Virus genome (UHGV): UHGV-0133741
DNA: 64,000 bases
Direction: 5' to 3' (one strand)
Source: a virus
The position numbers and the translations under genes were made by a program. The notes beneath the pieces were generated by a model. It was not told the DNA's origin. It did not search any database and saw nothing but the letters and a program-made list of their open reading frames with translations. Below, one piece after another: positions 32,153 to 40,322 of this stretch (positions are counted from its first letter, which is position 1; every line of letters starts with the position of its first letter).

Positions 32153-33004
32153 CTATTGCGCGCTTTCGGGGTTGTCGTTTACTGGCTGCCCCTTCTTAGT
32201 TTTACGGCTGCGCGTAACTGATGCGGCTGATTTGACCTTTTTCTCTTCGCGAGTGATGGCAATTTGTTTTTTTACATTTTCAATATCTGCCAGGCGATAT
32301 ATTTTTGCCTGCGGCCAGCGGTCGCAGATGATCGGTTCTATAGAGTCATAAAGGCTAAATTTTGCTTTCTCGAATTCACCGTTGATGATGATTCCATCAC
32401 GGAGAGTTTCATCGCAGATAAACACACCACACAGCGGCACATGGTAACTAACTGATTTACCATCATTGTAGTTAGGGCTACTGGAAATGTAATGGACGCG
32501 CAGCATTGTTTCGCTAAAGCCGTGTACACGCATACGGAATTTTTCATCCTCCGGGTACTGCTTCATTAGCTCTTTTGTTGCTTCCAGGTTCTCTATGTAT
32601 TTCGCACTGTGCTCATTGATCCCCGCGCTTTTCTGGATGCGAATGTCCTTATCAATCAGATGAATAATGCGGCCAGCGGTCATGTTGACGCTGTTCACAG
32701 CTTCTGTCTGATAAGTTGTAACCTTACGCACACCGCGAAGGATATTAGGCACTGGATATAAAATAGTCTTTGGGATATTGAGGTCTGGGTACTGTTCCAG
32801 TTCCCGCGCCATTAAAGCCCATTTATCAATTTCAGCCTGAATGCTGTCCGTTTCTTTGAACGGCAGAACGACAACCGGGCGAACAGGACGACCGTCGCTG
32901 GCGGCATCAACGTGTTGGGCGCGTGCAACAGCTTTTTTTAGAAAGAGATCCCTGAAGCTGACGAACTCCTGGTACAGTTGTTCGCCGTAGACATAATTTA
33001 TCAT
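32153..33004 (-). CDS. c1: C1 repressor of lysis
   Basis: 283 aa; size and position (downstream of coi, convergent with pacB, close to loxP) match P1 C1; operator-like sites throughout the window. Confidence 0.88.
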   Translation of the reverse strand: MINYVYGEQLYQEFVSFRDLFLKKAVARAQHVDAASDGRPVRPVVVLPFKETDSIQAEIDKWALMARELEQYPDLNIPKTILYPVPNILRGVRKVTTYQTEAVNSVNMTAGRIIHLIDKDIRIQKSAGINEHSAKYIENLEATKELMKQYPEDEKFRMRVHGFSETMLRVHYISSSPNYNDGKSVSYHVPLCGVFICDETLRDGIIINGEFEKAKFSLYDSIEPIICDRWPQAKIYRLADIENVKKQIAITREEKKVKSAASVTRSRKTKKGQPVNDNPESAQ

Positions 33005-33097
33005 TGATCCTCCTCCAGAATTGACATGGCCAACAACTCACAGCGGATTACACTGGGAGTTGTTGGCCACCATTATAGAAGGATCCAACGAAAATAA

Positions 33098-33114
33098 TAG
33101 ATTTATTAGTGCAT
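33098..33114. promoter_or_regulatory. C1 operator-like site between coi and c1
   Basis: AGATTTATTAGTGCATT, 14/17 to reverse-complement consensus. Confidence 0.5.
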
Positions 33115-33324
33115 TTATTGTGAGTCTGGCTGGTTAGTGGCCATGAGATATTCGATTGTGTCAGTGAGATCATCCAGGTCGTCTTGGGTGATGCGGTACT
33201 CCTGATTGGATATCTTTGAGTAGTGTTCAGCAATGGCGCGGGCAGCGTCGGTTTCGGCGGGGTCTACAGATAAAGCGTTAGAGCAATGCCTAACGTCGTC
33301 GATGGTTGGTGGAATGAAAGCCAT
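33115..33324 (-). CDS. coi: Coi, C1 inactivator
   Basis: 69 aa immediately upstream of c1 on the same strand. Confidence 0.8.
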   Translation of the reverse strand: MAFIPPTIDDVRHCSNALSVDPAETDAARAIAEHYSKISNQEYRITQDDLDDLTDTIEYLMATNQPDSQ

Positions 33325-33562
33325 AATTATGCCTCACTGTATTGACAACACAGAGCCTGAAGCTCTGACCTACTGTTTCACCCATGATCCATGCTGGGGT
33401 AATCTAACAACATTGCGCTGTGTGTAAGATGAGCAATGCATAGCTGTAATGCCGTTGTATAAGGTTTCCCTGTTTGCTCATTTCCTTCTGAGCCGCTCTA
33501 CAACGCTGAAGACACATTAAATAGTGAATCCAAAGTTGTATTACGAAACGGCGGAAAAACTA

Positions 33563-33579
33563 TAATTTATTAGAGCAAT
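33563..33579. promoter_or_regulatory. C1 operator-like site
   Basis: TAATTTATTAGAGCAAT, 16/17 (reverse orientation). Confidence 0.55.
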
Positions 33580-33645
33580 TGTCAAACAACTATGAAAAAC
33601 AATCCAGTTTTTGGCTGGTGGAGTGGGATTTTTCTCTCAAAATTT

Positions 33646-33662
33646 ATTGCTCTAATAATTCT
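33646..33662. promoter_or_regulatory. C1 operator-like site
   Basis: ATTGCTCTAATAATTCT, 15/17. Confidence 0.55.
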
Positions 33663-33705
33663 TGATTTTTATGCACAGCTGGACGTAAACTCCTCTTCGG
33701 ACCTA

Positions 33706-33739
33706 ATAACTTCGTATAGCATACATTATACGAAGTTAT
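33706..33739. other. loxP site
   Basis: Exact 34-bp loxP: ATAACTTCGTATA-GCATACAT-TATACGAAGTTAT. Confidence 0.97.
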
Positions 33740-33758
33740 CTTAAGGGTTATTGAACAT

Positions 33759-33831
33759 GATCAATTTACCTGTAAATCCATACAGTTCAATACCTTATCA
33801 GGTCAAATAGTGATCACTTGATCATTTGATC
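33759..33831 (+). promoter_or_regulatory. GATC cluster in cre upstream region
   Basis: GATC at 33759, 33812, 33820 and 33828 (the last three 8 bp apart), between loxP and cre. Confidence 0.5.
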
Positions 33832-34157
33832 AAGGTTGCGCTACGTAAAATCTGCGAAATGTTGGCAGTGTTAGTGCTCCAGATTTCGCGTAGCGCACTT
33901 AGCACCACCAATCAATCAGAGGTGAAAAATGGGATATTCAGCTGCTAAAGTGTCCACTCATCTTGAGCTTGAGAAAAATCGTGGTTACTGGCGGGCAAAA
34001 GGGTTTGATCGTGATAGTTGCCAACTGTCATTATCGCGCGGTGAAGAAAAGATAGAACGCACGCGCGGTCGCTGGCGTTTCTATGACGAGAACCATAAAC
34101 AGGTAAAGGCAGAGCCGATCCTGTACACTTTACTTAAAACCATTATCTGAGTGTTAA

Positions 34158-35189
34158 ATGTCCAATTTACTGACCGTATACCAAAATTTGCCTGCATTGC
34201 CGGTCGATGCAACGAGTGATGAGGTTCGCAAGAACCTGATGGATATGTTCAGGGATCGCCAGGCGTTTTCTGAGCATACCTGGAAAATGCTTCTGTCCGT
34301 TTGTCGGTCATGGGCGGCATGGTGCAAGTTGAATAACCGGAAATGGTTTCCCGCAGAACCTGAAGATGTTCGCGATTATCTTCTATATCTTCAGGCGCGC
34401 GGTCTGGCAGTAAAAACTATCCAGCAACATTTGGGCCAGCTAAACATGCTTCATCGTCGGTCCGGGCTGCCACGACCAAGTGACAGCAATGCTGTTTCAC
34501 TGGTCATGCGGCGGATCCGAAAAGAAAACGTTGATGCCGGTGAACGTGCAAAACAGGCACTAGCGTTCGAACGCACTGATTTCGACCAGGTTCGTTCACT
34601 CATGGAAAATAGCGATCGCTGCCAGGATATACGTAATCTGGCATTTCTGGGGATTGCTTATAACACCCTGTTACGTATAGCCGAAATTGCCAGGATCAGG
34701 GTTAAAGATATCTCACGTACTGACGGTGGGAGAATGTTAATCCATATTGGCAGAACGAAAACGCTGGTTAGCACCGCAGGTGTAGAGAAGGCACTTAGCC
34801 TGGGGGTAACTAAACTGGTCGAGCGATGGATTTCAGTCTCTGGTGTGGCTGATGATCCGAATAACTACTTGTTTTGCCGGGTCAGAAAAAATGGTGTTGC
34901 CTCGCCATCATCCACCAGCCAGCTATCAACTCGCGCCCTGGAAGGGATTTTTGAAGCAACTCACCGATTGATTTACGGGGCTAAGGATGACTCTGGCCAG
35001 AGGTACCTGGCTTGGTCTGGACACAGTGCCCGTGTCGGAGCCGCGCGAGATATGGCCCGCGCCGGAGTTTCAATACCGGAGATCATGCAAGCTGGTGGCT
35101 GGACCAATGTAAATATTGTCATGAACTATATCCGTAACCTGGATAGTGAAACAGGGGCAATGGTGCGCCTGCTGGAAGATGGCGATTAG
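34158..35189 (+). CDS. cre: Cre tyrosine recombinase
   Basis: 343 aa, MSNLLTVYQNLPALPVDATSDEVRKNLMDMFRDRQAFSEHTWKMLLSV...; near-identical to remembered P1 Cre with a few substitutions. Confidence 0.97.
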   Translation: MSNLLTVYQNLPALPVDATSDEVRKNLMDMFRDRQAFSEHTWKMLLSVCRSWAAWCKLNNRKWFPAEPEDVRDYLLYLQARGLAVKTIQQHLGQLNMLHRRSGLPRPSDSNAVSLVMRRIRKENVDAGERAKQALAFERTDFDQVRSLMENSDRCQDIRNLAFLGIAYNTLLRIAEIARIRVKDISRTDGGRMLIHIGRTKTLVSTAGVEKALSLGVTKLVERWISVSGVADDPNNYLFCRVRKNGVASPSSTSQLSTRALEGIFEATHRLIYGAKDDSGQRYLAWSGHSARVGAARDMARAGVSIPEIMQAGGWTNVNIVMNYIRNLDSETGAMVRLLEDGD

Positions 35190-35239
35190 CCATTAACGCG
35201 TAAATGATTGCTCTAATTCTTTGATGTTTATGGTGGCAT

Positions 35240-35551
35240 ATGAGAAAGGATTTCAACATCGACGGAAAATATGTAGTGCTGTCTGTAAGCACTAATTTTC
35301 AGTCGCCAGCCGTCATTGTCACTGTAAAGCTGAGCGATAGAATGCCTGATATTGACTCAATATCCGTTGCGTTTCCTGTCAAAAGTATGCGTAGTGCTGA
35401 ACATTTCGTGATGAATGCCACCGAGGAAGAAGCACGGCGCGGTTTTGCCAAAGTGATGTCTGAGTTTGGCGAATTTTTGGGGCACGTTGACAAAGCCCTC
35501 TCAATCAGTTCAGCAAGGTCCAAAGCATTAACAGCTTCCATGATGAAATAA
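35240..35551 (+). CDS. hypothetical protein downstream of cre
   Basis: 103-aa ORF in the position of the P1 cre-associated gene (synteny only). Confidence 0.45.
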   Translation: MRKDFNIDGKYVVLSVSTNFQSPAVIVTVKLSDRMPDIDSISVAFPVKSMRSAEHFVMNATEEEARRGFAKVMSEFGEFLGHVDKALSISSARSKALTASMMK

Positions 35552-35556
35552 AAAAA

Positions 35557-35577
35557 AGCCTGGCAAGGAGCCAGGCT
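35557..35577. terminator. terminator-like hairpin
   Basis: AGCCTGGC-AAGGA-GCCAGGCT hairpin preceded by an A-run; orientation of function ambiguous. Confidence 0.35.
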
Positions 35578-35683
35578 GCACAAAAGAGCGGGTTTGTATT
35601 CCGCATCCAATCAATCAAGAAGGAGTATAGCACATAGGTACTGAAGTGAAAAAATGTGATTCGCGATTAACAAAATATCTACC

Positions 35684-35700
35684 ATTGCTCTAATTGATTG
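35684..35700. promoter_or_regulatory. C1 operator-like site upstream of ref
   Basis: ATTGCTCTAATTGATTG, 14/17. Confidence 0.5.
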
Positions 35701-35767
35701 ATATAATTGAGCCGCAGTTTTTGTCAACTACGAAGACGCTGCCATTACTTCACTCCTTGACATCATT

Positions 35768-35793
35768 GGCGGTCATTAGGCCGCCTTTTTTTT
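35768..35793 (+). terminator. hairpin plus T8 run abutting the ref start
   Basis: GGCGG-TCATTAG-GCCGCC followed by TTTTTTTT, ending 5 nt before the ref ATG. Confidence 0.4.
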
Positions 35794-35798
35794 GCCAT

Positions 35799-36359
35799 AT
35801 GAAAACAATCGAACAAAAGCTTGAACAGCGCCACGAGTGGCAGAAGGCAGCCAGAGAACGAGCGATCGCTCGGCAACGGGAAAAGTTGGCTGACCCCGCC
35901 TGGCGAGAATCGCAATATCAGAAAATGCGGGATTCTATCGACCGCCGTATCGCTAAACAGAAAGAGCGCCCACCAGCCGACAAAACGCGGAAAAGTGCGG
36001 TAAAGATAAAATCTCGTGGCTTGAAGGGGCGAACACCGACAGCGGAGGAACGGAGCATCGCCAATGCTCTTGGCGCTCTCCCCTGCATTGCCTGCTACAT
36101 GCATGGAGTAATATCTGAAGAGGTATCTCTGCACCATATCTCCGGTCGTACCGCGCCGGGTTGTCATAAAAAGCAATTGCCACTTTGTAGATGGCACCAC
36201 CAGCATGCAGCACCGGCTGAAGTAAGAGCAAAATACCCCTGGCTGGTCCCTGTTCATGCCGATGGTGTGGTTGGAGGCAAGAAAGAATTCACCCTGCGGA
36301 ACAAGTCAGAGATGGAGCTGTTGGCTGACGCCTATGAGATGGCAAACTTATTATTCTAA
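35799..36359 (+). CDS. ref: Ref, HNH-family recombination enhancement endonuclease
   Basis: 186 aa starting MKTIEQKLEQ; HNH-like Cys/His cluster (CIACYMHG...HHISGR...CRWHH). Confidence 0.85.
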   Translation: MKTIEQKLEQRHEWQKAARERAIARQREKLADPAWRESQYQKMRDSIDRRIAKQKERPPADKTRKSAVKIKSRGLKGRTPTAEERSIANALGALPCIACYMHGVISEEVSLHHISGRTAPGCHKKQLPLCRWHHQHAAPAEVRAKYPWLVPVHADGVVGGKKEFTLRNKSEMELLADAYEMANLLF

Positions 36360-36445
36360 TATATTTATTATTTTAGGTTTTATTAAAACAGAACTTCTCT
36401 GTTATTATCGAGATTAGTTCTTCATATACGGGGCATAAGCCAAAT

Positions 36446-37195
36446 ATGACAATACACAAAATCCCCAAAAAATTTTGGGACAACAAAATAGTTGAATGGC
36501 CATGTCCTAATTGTGGGCAAACAACTTTAAAAATTTTAGATGAATCTTTCATCTGTAAGGATACAGCTGAAACTGTCAAAATGGAGGGTGAAGAATGGTT
36601 TGACTTAGAGTATACAAGCTCGGTATTCAGTTGTATGTCACAGTGCGTAAGACCTCAATGTAAGGAGGTAGTGGCATGTATCGGCAGAAGTGGTCTAGAA
36701 CAAGATTGGTGCGAACATAAAGGGCTTAGTTACTATCGCTGGTATGAACCATTAAGTTTTACTCCTGCGTTAAAGCTATTTCTTATCCCGAACATGTGCC
36801 CTGAAGACATAGCCTTGCCTATAAACACCTCGTTTGCACTAAGCACAATTCATCCAGGTGCCGCTGCAAATCTAATAAGAACATCTGTAGAACGGTTACT
36901 TACTGCTATCGGGGTAACTGAAACAAGCGAAAATGGGAATAGAATTAACCTCCATAATAGAATTGAGATGATCCCTAGTGAACATTCTGGCTTTAAAAGC
37001 CTGTTATTTGCGATTAAGTTTCTTGGAAATGCGGGTAGCCACCGCTATGAAAAAGTTACCGCAGATGACTTGGATAACTCATACGAGATCATGAATTTTA
37101 TTCTAAGTGATTTATATTCGGATAATCGCAAAAAGGTTAGTGAGTTAGCTCATAATCTAGACAAAAAATTTAATCCTCAAAAACAAAAATGTTGA
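36446..37195 (+). CDS. Zn-ribbon protein with DUF4145-like C-terminal domain
   Basis: 249 aa; N-terminal CPNCG..C..CMSQCVRPQC; C-terminal AANLIRTSVERLL...AIKFLGNAGSHR...YEIMNFIL resembles DUF4145 as I remember it; AT-rich. Confidence 0.55.
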   Translation: MTIHKIPKKFWDNKIVEWPCPNCGQTTLKILDESFICKDTAETVKMEGEEWFDLEYTSSVFSCMSQCVRPQCKEVVACIGRSGLEQDWCEHKGLSYYRWYEPLSFTPALKLFLIPNMCPEDIALPINTSFALSTIHPGAAANLIRTSVERLLTAIGVTETSENGNRINLHNRIEMIPSEHSGFKSLLFAIKFLGNAGSHRYEKVTADDLDNSYEIMNFILSDLYSDNRKKVSELAHNLDKKFNPQKQKC

Positions 37196-37312
37196 CAACT
37201 GACAAGTGACTTCAGTCAGAATCATCACACGCCCGGTACGGATGGATCCCTTTTCAAATATTCCATGGACGGCACAGTCTGAGTACCGGGCGCTACCTTC
37301 AGCTGTATTGCT

Positions 37313-37340
37313 AAGCCGCCACTGGTGGCTTTTCTTTTTT
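37313..37340 (+). terminator. intrinsic terminator/attenuator between island genes
   Basis: AGCCGC-CACTG-GTGGCT hairpin followed by TTTCTTTTTTT, ending 14 nt before the next start codon. Confidence 0.45.
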
Positions 37341-37353
37341 TGTAGGGGGCGCT

Positions 37354-37995
37354 ATGGATAAGAAAATATGCGTTGTTTCGATGAGCGTCGGCAAACCGGC
37401 GTCAATGACTGCTGCATGGATCAACAACGAGCTGATAATGGCTGAGCGGACCAGCTACCCTGAACGCCGCCGCGACATGGAACTCCAGCTGCTGCGCGAA
37501 TTGCGAGAAAAAGAGGAAAAGGGTTTTATCGTGCTGGTGGAAGAGGAAAACAGCTTTATTACTGGTCGAGTTGGCCAGCGTGTAAGGTTGCGCGATCCCT
37601 TCATGAACGGCAGGCCGGTACTGATTGAAGCAATGCAGATTTACAAGGAGCTGGAACGCCAGAAAGCGATCAAGTTACCGCGCAAGGAATCCGGCAAATA
37701 CATCCTCCACCAAAGCATCTTCGATTCCGAACACGATAAAAAAGGCGATGAATTTTTCAACATCAACTGGAGCGAAATAACGACAGAGCATGTTCTGACG
37801 TTACTATGTTGCTTTGCGACGGAATACAACAACGTTGCCAGCGCCGACTACATCAGGGCAATGGCTGGAGAAGTTGAGGCCCGCCAAGAACCATCGTTAC
37901 TAAGTCCACTGATTAACATAATTCTGGGCACCCAGATACTGGAACAAAAAAAAGTGCCGAAAGGGGTATTAACAGGCAAGCATAATTATTTTTAA
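37354..37995 (+). CDS. hypothetical protein (no recognised domain)
   Basis: 213 aa; strong AGGGGG RBS at a 4-nt spacing; charged, helix-rich composition; AT-rich. Confidence 0.55.
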   Translation: MDKKICVVSMSVGKPASMTAAWINNELIMAERTSYPERRRDMELQLLRELREKEEKGFIVLVEEENSFITGRVGQRVRLRDPFMNGRPVLIEAMQIYKELERQKAIKLPRKESGKYILHQSIFDSEHDKKGDEFFNINWSEITTEHVLTLLCCFATEYNNVASADYIRAMAGEVEARQEPSLLSPLINIILGTQILEQKKVPKGVLTGKHNYF

Positions 37996-38088
37996 CAATT
38001 ATATACAGTAATTTTGTGGTTATATTCTCCATTGATTTTCTAACCGCTTTATCATTAGATGTAACAGCATGTAAATCATTTAAAATGG

Positions 38089-39225
38089 ATGAAAGCAATG
38101 GGGAATGAAGTTTATCAAAGTCAAAAATGCAAGTTGAAATATTCAAAATCTCAAATTGATAGGGCTGCTCAATTGATAAGGCACGGGTGTAGTGACGAAG
38201 AAAGGCAGCAAGCTATTGAAATGATACAAAATTTCCGTGAGCTGCATCTTTATCCATTAATGCTCATGAAAAATCATTTAGCAAGAGCAGCTGCTAAGGT
38301 TGACAAAGACAAAAAGATTCTCGTTGCAAGAAGACTTAAGCGACTTTCTACCATAATAGATAAACTAGAGCGTCCTAGTCTTGATGGAGGCAGAACTAGC
38401 AATGCAATTAAATTAACACGAATGCAGGACGTTGGCGGATGTAGGGCCATTGTCAGAAACTTAGACCAGTTGATACAGCTAAAGGAACGTCTTTTAAAAA
38501 GCAAATCTGTTCATAGGATTGTTAAAGAGTATGATTATCTTACTCCCAAAGACAGCGGCTATAGTGGAATCCACCTTGCATACAGTTGCTTCGATCAGAA
38601 AGAGGATCAATATCCGTGGCGAAAAACAAAGATTGAGATACAGTTAAGAACTCAATTGCAGCATGCTTGGGCTACTAGCCTTGAAATAATTGATACCCTT
38701 GAAGGTATCAAGCTGAAAACTTCAAGTGAAGGGCATCCAGAATGGAGACGATTTTTCTATCTAGCCGGATGTCTTGTAGCGCACGACGAAAAAGCCTGCA
38801 CTCTTGATGAGCTAGTTGTATCTCAGTATGAAGGCGAGCTTAGAGAGCTGGAACGGACTTTATCTGTACGGAGGAAACTAAGCACATACACCCTCGCCTT
38901 AAATTTAACTTCTGACGCGAATTTGATTAAGAAGTTGCCAAAAAATCATAAGGGGCATTACTTAGTAACAATGAGAAATGCAGAAAACAAGCCCAATACA
39001 AAAAACAAAAAAATGTTCCTAGTGTCTGTTCGCGCATTTAAAACAAAAGAAGCAGATGAAGCCCTTGAGGCCTTAAATAAAGACGATTCTGATCCTAATG
39101 TATTGATATCTGTTCTCGTTGCTACAGATAACATTAAGTCACTAAAAAAAGCCTACCCCAACTATTTTGGCTCAACAAACCAGTTTACAAAATTCTTAGA
39201 TAAGCATCTTCGTAACGAAGGATAG
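38089..39225 (+). CDS. fused RelA/SpoT-type toxSAS (CapRel-like toxin-antitoxin)
   Basis: 378 aa; synthetase motifs RRLKRLSTIIDKLER, DVGGCRAIV, DYLTPKDSGYSGIHL, EIQLRTQLQHAWATSLE in RelA/SpoT order; extra Cys-free C-terminal domain of about 100 aa. Confidence 0.7.
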   Translation: MKAMGNEVYQSQKCKLKYSKSQIDRAAQLIRHGCSDEERQQAIEMIQNFRELHLYPLMLMKNHLARAAAKVDKDKKILVARRLKRLSTIIDKLERPSLDGGRTSNAIKLTRMQDVGGCRAIVRNLDQLIQLKERLLKSKSVHRIVKEYDYLTPKDSGYSGIHLAYSCFDQKEDQYPWRKTKIEIQLRTQLQHAWATSLEIIDTLEGIKLKTSSEGHPEWRRFFYLAGCLVAHDEKACTLDELVVSQYEGELRELERTLSVRRKLSTYTLALNLTSDANLIKKLPKNHKGHYLVTMRNAENKPNTKNKKMFLVSVRAFKTKEADEALEALNKDDSDPNVLISVLVATDNIKSLKKAYPNYFGSTNQFTKFLDKHLRNEG

Positions 39226-39233
39226 TTGCTTAA

Positions 39234-39258
39234 TTTTGCCCGGTAACTCCGGGCAAAA
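39234..39258. terminator. bidirectional intrinsic terminator
   Basis: TTTTGCCCGG-TAACT-CCGGGCAAAA perfect 10-bp stem with A/T runs on both sides, between convergent genes. Confidence 0.65.
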
Positions 39259-39261
39259 TTG

Positions 39262-39510
39262 TCAATCTGCATTCAGGAGTAATGCATTATCTATGATGAT
39301 CTGCTCCCATTCTTCGAATGCCCGGTCGCGGACGCCCTGGGGAACGCTGTTAGTTTTGAAATCGACGACCGTACGCCATTTCCCGTCCGGACGGTACATG
39401 CGCAGAGCTTTACTTCCCCCTTCCCTGCGCACCTCAACGTTATGCTTGTCAGCAAACTCTTGTAATGCTCGTAGCGTCCCATGCTTTACTGTGTAGTATC
39501 GCTTTTTCAA
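39262..39510 (-). CDS. small protein with weak HicA/YcfA-like resemblance
   Basis: 82 aa; EF.DKHNVEVRREGGSKALRMYRPDGKWRTVVDF... roughly parallels the HicA fold but lacks the GSHH histidine; start overlaps upstream gene stop. Confidence 0.4.
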   Translation of the reverse strand: MKKRYYTVKHGTLRALQEFADKHNVEVRREGGSKALRMYRPDGKWRTVVDFKTNSVPQGVRDRAFEEWEQIIIDNALLLNAD

Positions 39511-39947
39511 GTTTTCTCTCCAGCCTGTGCCAAGGCTTCAACTTCCAAATCGTAAGACTCAAACTCATAGTCCTGGTCGTCAACTTCTTCAGGCACTGGC
39601 AGTAAATGCCAGGCTGAGTATATCTGACCATTATCAAAACGTTCCTGGCTGTAGAGCGTCGCGGCTATGAGTGTTAGCGCCGGGCGGTCATAACGGTAAA
39701 TTTTGCGAACGTCACGGTCAACGAGACGACCGAAATTACCATAACCGCGCTCAAGTAATAATTTTTTAATTTCCGGCCAGTATGGACCATAGCTGCGGTA
39801 CAGGCGGGGATTTTTCAGTAATCGCCCGCGTAGCCCTGACAGGAAGAAATCAACGTATTCGTCTTCTGTCTTTCCTAACAACGCTGTACGGAGTACCGCC
39901 TCAAGATATGTTTTATTCGGTTTTATTGTATCAGATAGTGTGGCCAT
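39507..39947 (-). CDS. hypothetical protein
   Basis: About 147 aa from MATLSD (ORF extends to 39998); coupled to the downstream 82-aa gene by ATGA overlap. Confidence 0.4.
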   Translation of the reverse strand: MATLSDTIKPNKTYLEAVLRTALLGKTEDEYVDFFLSGLRGRLLKNPRLYRSYGPYWPEIKKLLLERGYGNFGRLVDRDVRKIYRYDRPALTLIAATLYSQERFDNGQIYSAWHLLPVPEEVDDQDYEFESYDLEVEALAQAGEKT

Positions 39948-40322
39948 ATTATGCGACGTCCGGCGAACCGGGCATTGAAACAGAGTAATCACCTTCATCC
40001 GCTACAGTATAGTTCTGCTCAACAATCAGTTGAGCGGCATTCTCGTTAGTATTCTGGGCTAAAACATTGACGCATCAGTGTTGTTCTGAAATGAGCGTAT
40101 CACCTCTGTGCAGGTGGACAAATCCAGTAAACCACTACAGTCTTCAAAGGTTTTGAAGTTTTAGTTTGTTCATTAGTCAGAGCCTGTACCTATTTTGTCT
40201 ATAATTCAACCTGTGTTAATAGTGAAAGTGAACGTATCAAAATCAAGCAATTACACAAATCGATGTACAGGCTCATTGGCACTTGAGGAATCTGAGGACA
40301 ATTACGCGGTAAGGTTTATGCT

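Noticed and set aside
33233-33427. 64-aa plus-strand ORF overlapping coi
   Set aside because: Antisense to the coi gene and its operator-rich regulatory region; no RBS.
35694-35798. Longer 221-aa version of ref starting at TTG inside the operator
   Set aside because: The start would lie inside the C1 operator and upstream of a hairpin plus T-run; the ATG giving the 186-aa product matches the remembered Ref N-terminus.
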